Virus record (IMG/VR): IMGVR_UViG_3300038960_000189
Reading direction: 5' to 3' (one strand)
DNA length: 64,000 nt
Source of the DNA: an uncultured virus (IMG/VR IMGVR_UViG_3300038960_000189)
Lineage: Duplodnaviria > Heunggongvirae > Uroviricota > Caudoviricetes
Under the pieces are notes generated by a model. The model worked only from the letters and a program-made list of their open reading frames with translations, searched no databases and was not told the DNA's origin. Below, piece after piece: positions 9,449-19,015 of this stretch (positions are counted from its first letter, which is position 1; every line of letters starts with the position of its first letter). Both the position numbers and the translations under genes were made by a program.

Positions 9449-9708
9449 TTTTCTTTTCTTTTTTTAACTAATACATACCCAATTACTACTAATGCAATTG
9501 CCCAACTTATTTCATATATCTCAAACATCTTGATCTTTTTTTACTGGCATATTATGTCTTCCATAATAGTGGGATTCTTCTTGCTCTTCTTCTATCCGAC
9601 TCCATCTGAATAATAAAACATAACTAGCAGTAATCATGAAACCTATTAGAAATATAAATGATTCAAGATCATCTAGTATATCCAGGTTGATAGTGTCCAT
9701 TACTAGTA

Positions 9709-9909
9709 TCATATAATACTCACATATTTTTGAAATACATCATTTAGTTCTTCTGTAACTACTCCGCCTTCTGATATTGGAGAATCTAATAACATTTTCA
9801 TAAATTCAAATGCCTCTCCGAACTTTCCCTCTACTAACATTTTTTCAAGTAGATCAAGCTTTGTTTCCTTAGGTAAACTTAGTACCCAATCCTTTTCTTG
9901 TACTGTCAT
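9709..9909 (-). CDS. hypothetical protein
   Basis: 66-aa ORF directly downstream of the ncRNA candidate. Confidence 0.6.
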   Translation of the reverse strand: MTVQEKDWVLSLPKETKLDLLEKMLVEGKFGEAFEFMKMLLDSPISEGGVVTEELNDVFQKYVSII

Positions 9910-9925
9910 AATATTTTTTAATTGT

Positions 9926-10399
9926 ATTGAATGAATTAAAAAGAGAAGATCGATTTGGTAGGATTAGCAGCCTACAACTCAAATTGCTGTGTAATATATG
10001 GTGACTTTAAACGTTGATTGTCTTCAACTTACCCTTATTTAGAATCGGCCAGATTCTTAACATTAGATAAAACCACTACAGTAGTTTAAATGCGTTACCC
10101 CCAGCACAAGGTTGTTCCGCCATAAAACTGGATTTGGGTTTCCCGTACCAGTACACCATTACAGAATAGCTTCTAGATGTCTTTAGAAGTTATTTGAGAA
10201 CCATCATCGAGGTTGTTATCCTCTGCTGGCTTCCATTTGGAAGATTTTCCAGTAGCCCATCGGCTTGATGCTTGTGCCTTATACCCTTCTGATTAGATAT
10301 TTTTCAGCCACAAATCTACAACTTCTTTCCCGTCGGAATTTCGTTGCCTTCTCTAATCTCTTTCGAGATATGCTTTTAATACTTCAATGAACTTTTATA
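9926..10399 (-). ncRNA. large structured non-coding RNA candidate (~470 nt)
   Basis: No ORF of 60 aa or more, raised GC, own class II promoter (10406-10434), nested long-range helices closing the 5' and 3' ends, and more than 8 local hairpins including GAAA tetraloops. Confidence 0.75.
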
Positions 10400-10463
10400 T
10401 AATTTATAATAAGAAATTTCTAAACTAAATCCAAGACTTTTTCTTATATTGTTTACTAATTAA

Positions 10464-10868
10464 TTAACGTATCAACGTTATTGTTCCAGTTTTAATTGTC
10501 TTCATGTCCCATAGGAGTCTATACACATATGTGCCTGTTGGACAGGTCCGTCCTCTGTAACTTCCATTCCATCGGTCTCCAAGGGTTGGTGCACTAAAAA
10601 CTTCTTGTCCCCAACGGTTATAGACCTCTAAACAAAGGTGTCCTATATTCTGACCTTTAACATAAAAAAGGTCGTTGATTCCATCACCATCAGGTGAAAA
10701 GACAGTTGGTATATAAATAAGCTGAGTCTTAGGAACATGTATAGTGTTAGAAACACTTTCTATTAATGTATCACCATTCCTGACTGCTTTAATACGATAG
10801 ATATCATACTCCTGTCCGGATACATTCAGTGAGCATATAATTAATAGAAGCTTAATCAAATTCCTCAT
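10464..10868 (-). CDS. small secreted protein with T9SS type B (gliding motility-associated) C-terminal domain
   Basis: Signal-peptide-like MRNLIKLLLIICSLNVSG; IYIPTVFSPDGDGINDLF, VYNRWGQEVF, WNG, GTYVY, GTITLIR-stop. Confidence 0.9.
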   Translation of the reverse strand: MRNLIKLLLIICSLNVSGQEYDIYRIKAVRNGDTLIESVSNTIHVPKTQLIYIPTVFSPDGDGINDLFYVKGQNIGHLCLEVYNRWGQEVFSAPTLGDRWNGSYRGRTCPTGTYVYRLLWDMKTIKTGTITLIR

Positions 10869-11258
10869 CTTCGCCATCATTATCATATGGTGTATCTTCC
10901 AATTTATAATATTTGATTCCATCTTTTGTTTCTCCTAGCTTCCATGGCAAATTATAGCCCATTAATTCATCTAATGCTGCTATCATATTATTTGATACAA
11001 GATAATCAATAGTTTCCAATAATACTATTCTCATTTAAACTTATTCCATTAATTTTTGTACTAACCATTTAAAATCTGTGTGATTTCTTGTTGCTAACAA
11101 TCTGAAAGATATTTCATCTGCTAATTGGTTAGCATCCTTTTTTGTTCGTAGCTTTTCATTATGATAATGTTCAGCATACGCTTCTAATATTGTACTCAAA
11201 ATAGTACCATTTGGGAATTTATCTTGGTTTTCTTGTAACCATGTTGTTGGATCCATTA

Positions 11259-11840
11259 CTAATTCTCGTTTTTAAATTTAAACCATTTCATATATTTTCT
11301 ATTATCTAAACCAATAAATTCCTTTTCATATATTTTTTCTATAGGTATATTGTTTAGATAATCATTACTAAACTTCTTTACAATATCTTTAACCTCTTTC
11401 AATCGATGAATAGGTATATTGGTTATATCATCTGTAAAGAACGTTAATACACACCCATCAGGCTTCAACATTTGTTTTAGCTTATCAATAAGATTTTCTT
11501 TGTATATATCTATTTGATTTTCTATAACAAGCTCTAATATTATGATGTCATACTTTTTTTCTGTAACATCATAATTAAATATATCTGAATGTATAAATTT
11601 AACATTAAATTTTTTGCAATATTTTTCTACATTTTTATCGATATTGATTACATCGACAACACATCCTTTTTCCTTTAAGTATAAAGAAGTATTCAATCCT
11701 GCACATCCGAAGCCTCCAATATCTAAAACATCCATTCCTTTTTTAATAGTAAGTTCATTTATAAACGGAACTGTTGTATATGGGTAAAGTTTCTTTAATT
11801 CAGAACTATTATAGTTGCTATAAAATTTATTAGACTCCAT
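11259..11840 (-). CDS. class I SAM-dependent methyltransferase
   Basis: VLDIGGFG, YDIII and MLKPDG motifs; start re-set to MESNKF. Confidence 0.7.
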   Translation of the reverse strand: MESNKFYSNYNSSELKKLYPYTTVPFINELTIKKGMDVLDIGGFGCAGLNTSLYLKEKGCVVDVINIDKNVEKYCKKFNVKFIHSDIFNYDVTEKKYDIIILELVIENQIDIYKENLIDKLKQMLKPDGCVLTFFTDDITNIPIHRLKEVKDIVKKFSNDYLNNIPIEKIYEKEFIGLDNRKYMKWFKFKNEN

Positions 11841-12012
11841 ATGATTTGTTAGGACCATAAAAATCATTATCACGATCCAAATCTTTTTTAGAATGCTTTT
11901 TCTTCCTAGTATATTTCTTTTTATTTTTATATACATTAGGACGCATAGCATCGTAGAATTCTTTCATTGTTGCTTTAATCTTTTTCAGCTTTTTCATTTC
12001 TCTATTAATTGT

Positions 12013-12297
12013 TTAAATTAAACTACTTCCCTTTAAATGGGTACTCCATTTTTTAAGTTTATTCTTTTTTGTTTCTACTCTAGTTAATATTTTTTTGTTG
12101 TCAATAATACCAAAATCTTGTAACAATTCAATCATACAAACAACATCACCAATTTCATTTTGTAGTTTAGAATAGTCGGTAGATCCGAATCTAATTTGTT
12201 TGCTACACTCTTGTATTAATTCGCCACATTCCTCCATGGTAATAACTAATAGTTCTTGTAATAAATTACCTGTTCGATCTTTATTTAATCCATTCAT
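12013..12297 (-). CDS. MazG-like NTP pyrophosphohydrolase
   Basis: EECGELIQ...EIGDV (ExxE...ExxD) motif. Confidence 0.85.
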   Translation of the reverse strand: MNGLNKDRTGNLLQELLVITMEECGELIQECSKQIRFGSTDYSKLQNEIGDVVCMIELLQDFGIIDNKKILTRVETKKNKLKKWSTHLKGSSLI

Positions 12298-12462
12298 TGT
12301 ATGCCAATTGAAAAGCTTCTAGATATTCATATCCTTGTTTGATAAATTTTTTTGCAGAATCTTCTACTTCAAGTCGTAGATTGTATTTACTAGCTTCCTG
12401 CAGTATCAAATCAACATGTTCATAATCAATCTGTGTTATATTATTGTCATTCATATATTTTC

Positions 12463-12735
12463 TTATTCGATTGTAGGATCAATTAAATCATATTTAATTA
12501 TACTGTCTTCAGATATAAAAGAAGTCATTATTTCTAATTGATCTTCTAGTTTTTCATTCATTTGCTCAAGAATCTGTACTTCATCAAACGTACGTTCATA
12601 TTGCATTCTCAAATCAAAATATTGATCGATTATGTCTGCAGTTTTGTTTTTTTGATAATTCGAATGTATCAGCATAGCTGTACATATTATTACTAAGATT
12701 AACGATGTTATTCTATATGTTTTTATTTGTGCCAT
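12463..12735 (-). CDS. membrane-anchored coiled-coil protein
   Basis: N-terminal hydrophobic helix followed by a heptad-like acidic region. Confidence 0.55.
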   Translation of the reverse strand: MAQIKTYRITSLILVIICTAMLIHSNYQKNKTADIIDQYFDLRMQYERTFDEVQILEQMNEKLEDQLEIMTSFISEDSIIKYDLIDPTIE

Positions 12736-12737
12736 TT

Positions 12738-13127
12738 TTATTTGTATTGAAGATTATGTTTAAAATACTTTATCATTATTCGAGCTGAACTGTAATTTGT
12801 AGCTAATGGAATGTCATGAACATCACATAATCGCATTAACATTGAAATATCTACATCGTGTGGATGTTTATCTAATGGGTCTCTAAAGAATAATACACAA
12901 TCGATCTCACCATTAGTTACCATAGATCCTATCTCAGCATCACCACCTAACGGACCGGAGGCTACAGTTTGAACTTTTAATCCGGCATTCTGTATCATGG
13001 TACCTGTTGTTCCAGTACCAACCAACTCTACTTCTGGTATCTTGAAGAACTCTAACCTCTTCATGATAAAAGACACCATATCAGCTTTTTTACCATCATG
13101 TGCTATTACTGCTATCTTCATTTGCAA
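12738..13127 (-). CDS. mgsA: methylglyoxal synthase
   Basis: IAVIAHDGKK, TGTTG, SGPLGGDAEIG, FFRDPL, HPHDVDISMLMRLCDVHDIPLATN; catalytic His/Asp set intact. Confidence 0.95.
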   Translation of the reverse strand: MQMKIAVIAHDGKKADMVSFIMKRLEFFKIPEVELVGTGTTGTMIQNAGLKVQTVASGPLGGDAEIGSMVTNGEIDCVLFFRDPLDKHPHDVDISMLMRLCDVHDIPLATNYSSARIMIKYFKHNLQYK

Positions 13128-13313
13128 AACTCGCTAATTAAATTTTCTATATGATCACGTCTTTCATAATTGCGCTCTTGGAAATAAACATAATTCTCTA
13201 TTTCTTCTAACTCTTGTTCCAATAGTTCAACTATTAAATCGATGTCTGAGTCTTCGAACTTATACATCTTTTGAAATACACTATCTGCGGTACCATTATC
13301 TACTTTAACCATA

Positions 13314-13721
13314 TTATTTTCTTTTTCCGCCATGATACTCTACTGCATGGCCTTCGTTTATCATTATTTGATTTGCAGTTGGCAAAGTTTTATATCCATG
13401 AAATGGATGAACTGAGCCAGGATACATTTTCAAAATGTCTGGATTTTCTAATATTATTTCACCTAGACATCTTCCAAATTTACCCACTCCATGAGACTTC
13501 AATATGAATTTAGAATCATTTCTTTCTAATAGATTCGATAAAAACATCTTTGCGGCTAAGCCTCTTTTCTTTTCTTCTAGGTCTCTAGTACGACTCTCAG
13601 GGGCATTTATCCCTTTCAACCGTATCCTAACCTTCTTCCAGGTATCAAACCCTAGGTCAACCATGGCATCCACCGTGTCGCCATCTACCACTTTCAATGT
13701 CTTAGCATTATATTCAAACAT
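13314..13721 (-). CDS. thermonuclease (SNase-like) family nuclease
   Basis: KVVDGDTVD, RIRLKGINAPE, GKFGRCLG, NQIMINEGHA. Confidence 0.9.
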   Translation of the reverse strand: MFEYNAKTLKVVDGDTVDAMVDLGFDTWKKVRIRLKGINAPESRTRDLEEKKRGLAAKMFLSNLLERNDSKFILKSHGVGKFGRCLGEIILENPDILKMYPGSVHPFHGYKTLPTANQIMINEGHAVEYHGGKRK

Positions 13722-14420
13722 TGTTTCTAATCCTTTTGTGCTTCATAGTAGTCCTCCAACGGAACTTCAATATAATCATATTCATATAATCCAGTTGCAT
13801 AATCTTCTTTTATATCAATCAAATAGAATCGATTCCAATTGAACTCTTCAACCGTTACCGACTCATCACATTCCAAATCAATCTCTTTACTTTTCACGTT
13901 TCTTTTCATTGAAGAACTCTTTCATGTGTCGAACGCTAGCTCGATATGAATCCGAATACAACTCATTGACATCATCATGGCTTAACACAACCACATCATG
14001 GTACTCTCTACGAAGCTGCCCTTTTCGAAGATCCGCAGTATCTTTGTTTTCACAACGTTCAAATTGCAACTTTCCTGTTACCTGTTCCCTATGTACTACC
14101 CAATAATTCATACTAATAATTTTGCTACTTCGGTACCAAATTCCATGTTGTTTGGATACTGCTTTCTTAGTTCTTCGACCTGTTCTCTGAACGACTTATA
14201 TATCTTTCGCTTCTGTGGATACTTGTATTCCTTTACCTGTCTTAACTCATTCATGCTTCGCTTTTTGATTTCCTTTGCCATTGTGTCTCTTTAATTTAAA
14301 TATATGCCCGAGGCATCCTGAAAGGATGAACCGTTAGGGCGTACTACCGTACTACATTTTTTTACTTGCCGGATCAACGCATACAATTCTGTATTAAAGT
14401 TGTCCCAATATCTTTCATAC

Positions 14421-14657
14421 TTATTCATCATAATCGTCAACTGTTTCCCAATGAACATCTGTATCTATTTCATCTAACCGATTAATTGCTTCTTGTAATT
14501 GAAGCTTCATGTCATAAACTATATTCTCCAGTTTGGATATTCTGACACAATTTTTTATTTCGTAAATATGATGTCCCAGTTCATCTATTTCATTACAAGC
14601 TTCTTTGAGTTCAGGAACGCAACTCCAACTATCTGTCATTGTCTTTTTCGTTTTCAT
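14421..14657 (-). CDS. hypothetical protein
   Basis: 78-aa ORF in a packed run. Confidence 0.55.
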   Translation of the reverse strand: MKTKKTMTDSWSCVPELKEACNEIDELGHHIYEIKNCVRISKLENIVYDMKLQLQEAINRLDEIDTDVHWETVDDYDE

Positions 14658-15160
14658 AACTTTATTTTAAAGATTTTTTGCAGCCCATTGAGATAATACG
14701 AAACAAGCTATCCATCCTGCAACCCAACCTGCAGCTGGCCAAATACCTCCTCCGTTATATACAAATTTAGTTGTCACAATTGCAACAAACAATATTGTTA
14801 TAGTAAGTAATATTACAACTACTGATGCCATTTTATCTCCAAGCGGATCAAACCAATCATCATCATTAAATTCTTTCATGCGTCTAGGTTTGAAATTAAT
14901 CCTCAAGGAATAGTAACCGGTCATCACTTAAATGATCTACCTTACCGGAATATGTATCATATGTTAATCTTTTATTCAACCAATACTTGAGGGTTGAAAA
15001 GGCTTCCTGTATTCTTTTATGTGAATAATATGCTGGAGCACAATTAAGTGAATTATTCAATTCATTCTGTGCGTCTAATAATTTTTGGTCTATAAGTCTT
15101 TCGCTTTCCATATCTTTTTTTTATATAATAAGAAATTAATTTTAATAATCCAAATTTTTA

Positions 15161-15562
15161 CTATCCTAATCCAATAAATTCTTTACTTAACTTTATTGAC
15201 AAATCTTCTGCAATTTCTTTCAATCTCCAATAAGCTGCAGCATCAACTTCATTCATGACATCCTTCTCAACATCGTAAATCGTATATCCAGATCCATATC
15301 CGGATACAGTAACAGCTTCTTGAATATCCAACATAGTTGCATTTGCATTGTCCCAATCTGATTCCATAAACTCTGGATAATCATCATTATCTTGATCTGA
15401 AAATCCAGCATGCGATTCATAATCATTCTCTGAATCATGATATGCTTTCACCCATTTTTCCCATATTTCATCACGGACTTCGTTTGCAACTTCATCGTTA
15501 TGAGCATACATTTCTTTGCTCCAAGGCTTAGTAATTTCAATACCATATTTTTTAATCTTCAT
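15161..15562 (-). CDS. acidic hypothetical protein
   Basis: ORF behind the isolated class I cassette at 15585. Confidence 0.7.
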   Translation of the reverse strand: MKIKKYGIEITKPWSKEMYAHNDEVANEVRDEIWEKWVKAYHDSENDYESHAGFSDQDNDDYPEFMESDWDNANATMLDIQEAVTVSGYGSGYTIYDVEKDVMNEVDAAAYWRLKEIAEDLSIKLSKEFIGLG

Positions 15563-15897
15563 ATCTTTTAATTTTATAATTTACTTAAATATAAGGAAAA
15601 AATCAACACGTGTCAACCTTTTTCTAAACTTTTTTTAAACTTTTTTTTTTTGATTTTTTACAAATTGAAAATTAGGATCTAATGTTGGTTGAACATCATA
15701 ATCGATATTCTTTACTCTAACCCCAAAGGTTCCAAATACATCATCGAAATGAGTTATCACTCCTTCTAATATTTTAGGACCATAAAGATCTTCATTAAAT
15801 GGACTCTCATCGATTCTAGGATTTGAAAAATTTACTTTAATTATTCTTGGATTCATATCCTTTAATTTTATAATTTATTTAAATTTCTAAACTTTTT

Positions 15898-16194
15898 TTA
15901 TTTTAATTTTGGAAAACTTCCTACCGTTGCCAATTTTAAGAGTCTTGGGGACGCTTTTAAAGTTCCAAAAGAGTTGTTACTAATTGTTAATGATTTTTTA
16001 TTTACTCTAACCACTTCGTAAATAATAGTAGGATCATAATTATGGTGATTAATAGTTACTGCATCACCTTTTTGAAATTGATTTTTTTCTTCTTCTAGAA
16101 GTATTACGAAGGCAGTATTAAATACTGTTCTAATTTCTGTCAGCTCTTCTCTGTTTGCTGTTCTGATAAAATCTTTGACTTGTTCTAAATTCAT
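15898..16194 (-). CDS. hypothetical protein (possible SH3/KOW-like C-terminal half)
   Basis: FQKGDAVTI...YEVVRVNKKSLTI pattern; AGAGATATG start; class II promoter. Confidence 0.6.
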   Translation of the reverse strand: MNLEQVKDFIRTANREELTEIRTVFNTAFVILLEEEKNQFQKGDAVTINHHNYDPTIIYEVVRVNKKSLTISNNSFGTLKASPRLLKLATVGSFPKLK

Positions 16195-16326
16195 ATCTCT
16201 TATTTTTTCTATATAATAAGAAATAGTTTTTAATTATCCAACCTTTTTATTACTTTTTTAGTAATGATTTTATAAGGAAGGCAATGAGAACTGTAACCAT
16301 TGTTGCCATTAATATTGTATCGGGAC

Positions 16327-17022
16327 TCATTTCTTTTTCTTTTTATGAAAGGTAAACTTGGTCAATTCGTTAACTCCTTGTTCAAATTTATGCATTTCAA
16401 GCTTAACTCGTTTCTCTACTTCATCTTCTATAAATCCATTAAATTCTTCATTAACTTCATCAAAATCTAATTTTTGTTTTTTCATAAGATAAATTTCGGT
16501 TGCTCTTCCTTTTCGATAAGCTTCTGACATAGTTCCTAGTGCAAACTTTAAAACTCCAATTACGATTAGTAATATTCCTCCAATAATTCCAAGTAAGACT
16601 TTTTCAAATAAATTCAATCCTGTTTGTTGTATTACAACCGGTGCACCGGATACAGGTGCCGGTTTATTAGACGCAGCTTCTGCTTTCTTATCACTATATT
16701 GTGCAAGGTAGACTGTAATGTCATTAATTGCATCATCTCCTAAATGTTCATAAGCTGGCATTGCCATACCGTTATATTCTTGAAATATTTCATTTGCATG
16801 TTTGTCACCAGCGTCTCTAAGTGCTTGATTATTTTTTATCCAAGATTTTGTCCAATCCTCCCCTTGATTTTTAACAACATTCTTCAAGGCTGGACCTACA
16901 ACCTTTTTTTCCATGTTGTGACACGAAGCACAATTGTTTCTAAATAATTTTTTTCCATTATCATAATCTTGAGCACATATACTAGTGATGAAGATTAAAG
17001 GTAGTAAGAATAGTTTTTTCAT
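16327..17022 (-). CDS. membrane-anchored monoheme c-type cytochrome
   Basis: Signal peptide, GKKLFRNNCASCH (CxxCH), GPAL, distal Met in MAMPAY, Pro/Ala linker and TM helix. Confidence 0.9.
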   Translation of the reverse strand: MKKLFLLPLIFITSICAQDYDNGKKLFRNNCASCHNMEKKVVGPALKNVVKNQGEDWTKSWIKNNQALRDAGDKHANEIFQEYNGMAMPAYEHLGDDAINDITVYLAQYSDKKAEAASNKPAPVSGAPVVIQQTGLNLFEKVLLGIIGGILLIVIGVLKFALGTMSEAYRKGRATEIYLMKKQKLDFDEVNEEFNGFIEDEVEKRVKLEMHKFEQGVNELTKFTFHKKKKK

Positions 17023-17550
17023 TTATTTTTAAAATCCTTTATAGCATTTTTTATAGTTATAACAATTGAGCTTAATATAATCACAGTTGAAACAACTGCG
17101 AACATTATCAATACCCATTTCATGTTCTTTCTTTCATTGACAATTTAAATATAAATAATGCTATACCTAATATTAAAGTATAAACAAAGACATCAGGTAT
17201 TTCTACAACCTTTTCACTGTCTCTGTAAACCTCAAACATAAAATCTTTTAATTGATAATTCATTTTATTAAGATATACGAACCATCTCTACAATTATAAC
17301 AAAAGCTATAATTAATAGTCCTACACCAACTACTGCTAGTCCTATAAGATCTTGTTTTTGATGCTGATTCATTTTTTAGAATTTTTTATATATTTAACCT
17401 TTGTACTAGATTTCTTTATTTTTCTGACTCTTGTTTTCTGAACGGGTCCTAATTCTTGTTCTTGTTTCTTATGAGCAGTATTAATCATTCTCACTAAGAA
17501 AAACATGTAAGTTGCAAATATTGCAAACCCTATTGAAAATATTAATATAT

Positions 17551-17895
17551 TCATTTTTTAACCGAGTTTATAAAGTTACCTAAACTAAGTATAGATGGTA
17601 CCCATACTCCTACAAATAAGCCTTCGTCTTTATATCCTGAAAACCATAAGGTTACAGAAAATACAAAGCTAATAAATGCTAATCCAATTGGATAATATTT
17701 TTGAATGTTCTCCATAATTATATTTCTTTTTTGTTCTACTTTTATTGTTCTACCTTGATCACCCATACCGTCATAGTCTATCGTGTCTTTAGCATACGCT
17801 TGCGGCGATGGTAAGCCCGAATAATGACAATAAGTATCCTCTGCAGGATACGATTCTATAGTTTCAAAGTGATATTTTAAATCATTTTTTTTCAT
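17551..17895 (-). CDS. membrane protein, two C-terminal TM helices
   Basis: Hydrophobic segments, GLFVGVWVPSILS. Confidence 0.6.
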   Translation of the reverse strand: MKKNDLKYHFETIESYPAEDTYCHYSGLPSPQAYAKDTIDYDGMGDQGRTIKVEQKRNIIMENIQKYYPIGLAFISFVFSVTLWFSGYKDEGLFVGVWVPSILSLGNFINSVKK

Positions 17896-18037
17896 CTTGT
17901 TCTAGATATAATTTTAATCTTGCTGGAATAACATATTCCATATTGCATTCATCACAGCAACTTCCTTCGTCACGTAAAGGTGCTGGATTATTTCCGTATC
18001 CATAACATGGATCTCCACATATAATACAATCTGCCAT
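17882..18037 (-). CDS. small Cys-rich (zinc-binding) phage protein
   Basis: Hand-translated 51 aa: MADCIICGDPCYGYGNNPAPLRDEGSCCDECNMEYVIPARL... Confidence 0.65.
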   Translation of the reverse strand: MADCIICGDPCYGYGNNPAPLRDEGSCCDECNMEYVIPARLKLYLEQDEKK

Positions 18038-18040
18038 AAT

Positions 18041-18271
18041 TTATACTTTATATAGGTTACTGCCCCAACCAGCTCTTCTGTCCATCTTTTGTAACTTCTT
18101 TGCTAGTTCTGCATCTTTAATAATTTCTGCTTCAGAGTAAGTTGTCTTACCTGATATAATATTTCTAACATACCATCTTTGAGTATCTGAACAGTTAACA
18201 CATACTTTTGTTTCAGGAATAGCTTTTAATCTACCTTCTGGTATTTCTGCTTTACATTTAATACAATTCAT
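18041..18271 (-). CDS. DksA/TraR C4-type zinc finger protein
   Basis: CIKCKAEIPEGRLKAIPETKVCVNC. Confidence 0.8.
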   Translation of the reverse strand: MNCIKCKAEIPEGRLKAIPETKVCVNCSDTQRWYVRNIISGKTTYSEAEIIKDAELAKKLQKMDRRAGWGSNLYKV

Positions 18272-18280
18272 ATATTTGAT

Positions 18281-18604
18281 TTAAATAGGTGCGTAAGTAT
18301 GACTATCATCATCCCAATCAGTGTCAAACTTTGTTTCTGGATCTTTGAATCCTGTTAACGTCTTGGCACATTCAGAATTAAATTTATTTAAATCCGCTTC
18401 AGCTATCTCTATATTACCATTCTTTAGTTCTGAAATTGCAGCCCATAAATACCCAGCTTCTGAGTGATAGTTTACATCTTCAAATGAATCATATAACATC
18501 TGTAAATCTTCTACTGGCCAATCGATCCCAGCTTCCATGCCTTTTTCTAACATGCCATCATAGTCAAAAATTCTTGACCACTTATCTCCTAATTTGTAAC
18601 TCAT
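18281..18604 (-). CDS. hypothetical protein
   Basis: 107-aa ORF behind class II promoter 18624. Confidence 0.65.
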   Translation of the reverse strand: MSYKLGDKWSRIFDYDGMLEKGMEAGIDWPVEDLQMLYDSFEDVNYHSEAGYLWAAISELKNGNIEIAEADLNKFNSECAKTLTGFKDPETKFDTDWDDDSHTYAPI

Positions 18605-18640
18605 AATATCTCCTTTTTTATTTATAATAAGAAAACTAAT

Positions 18641-19015
18641 TTAATTATCCAAATTTCTGTTATGATATTCTTCCCATTTAGATAATTTAGATTTTATGCG
18701 AGAAGCTACGACATCTTCAGACCCAGCTAAAAACGTTACTTTTTGTTCTGATAATCCTTTATTAACATATGGAGATAAAACATCTATAACTGATAATATA
18801 CTAGTAGCTATGATAGGAACTGTTTTTAATTCTCCATCATCTAGATATGTAACTTCATATATGAAGTGATCTTTAATCTTGGAAGTTGCTTTTAAGTTGA
18901 TTTTAATTATACAAGTATCAACGCCGCAAGATTTTAGTTCTTCAATTAGTCCTTCTTGTTCTTGTTTGTATTTTTTTCTTATAAACATATCCGTTATTTT
19001 ATTTTCTTTACTCAT
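18641..19015 (-). CDS. hypothetical protein
   Basis: 124-aa ORF coupled to its upstream neighbour. Confidence 0.6.
   Translation of the reverse strand: MSKENKITDMFIRKKYKQEQEGLIEELKSCGVDTCIIKINLKATSKIKDHFIYEVTYLDDGELKTVPIIATSILSVIDVLSPYVNKGLSEQKVTFLAGSEDVVASRIKSKLSKWEEYHNRNLDN

Noticed and set aside
9926..10399. tmRNA, RNase P RNA, tRNA cluster or group I/II intron
   Set aside because: No tRNA-like ends or T-loop, no GAGGAAAGUCC, no recognisable intron core, and no interrupted host gene; a divergent member cannot be excluded without cmscan.
14306..14352. GC-rich hairpin (GCCC...CATCCTGAAAGGATG...GGGC) as a riboswitch or ribozyme
   Set aside because: It lies inside a plausible 45-aa minus-strand ORF, is single copy and has no recognisable catalytic core.
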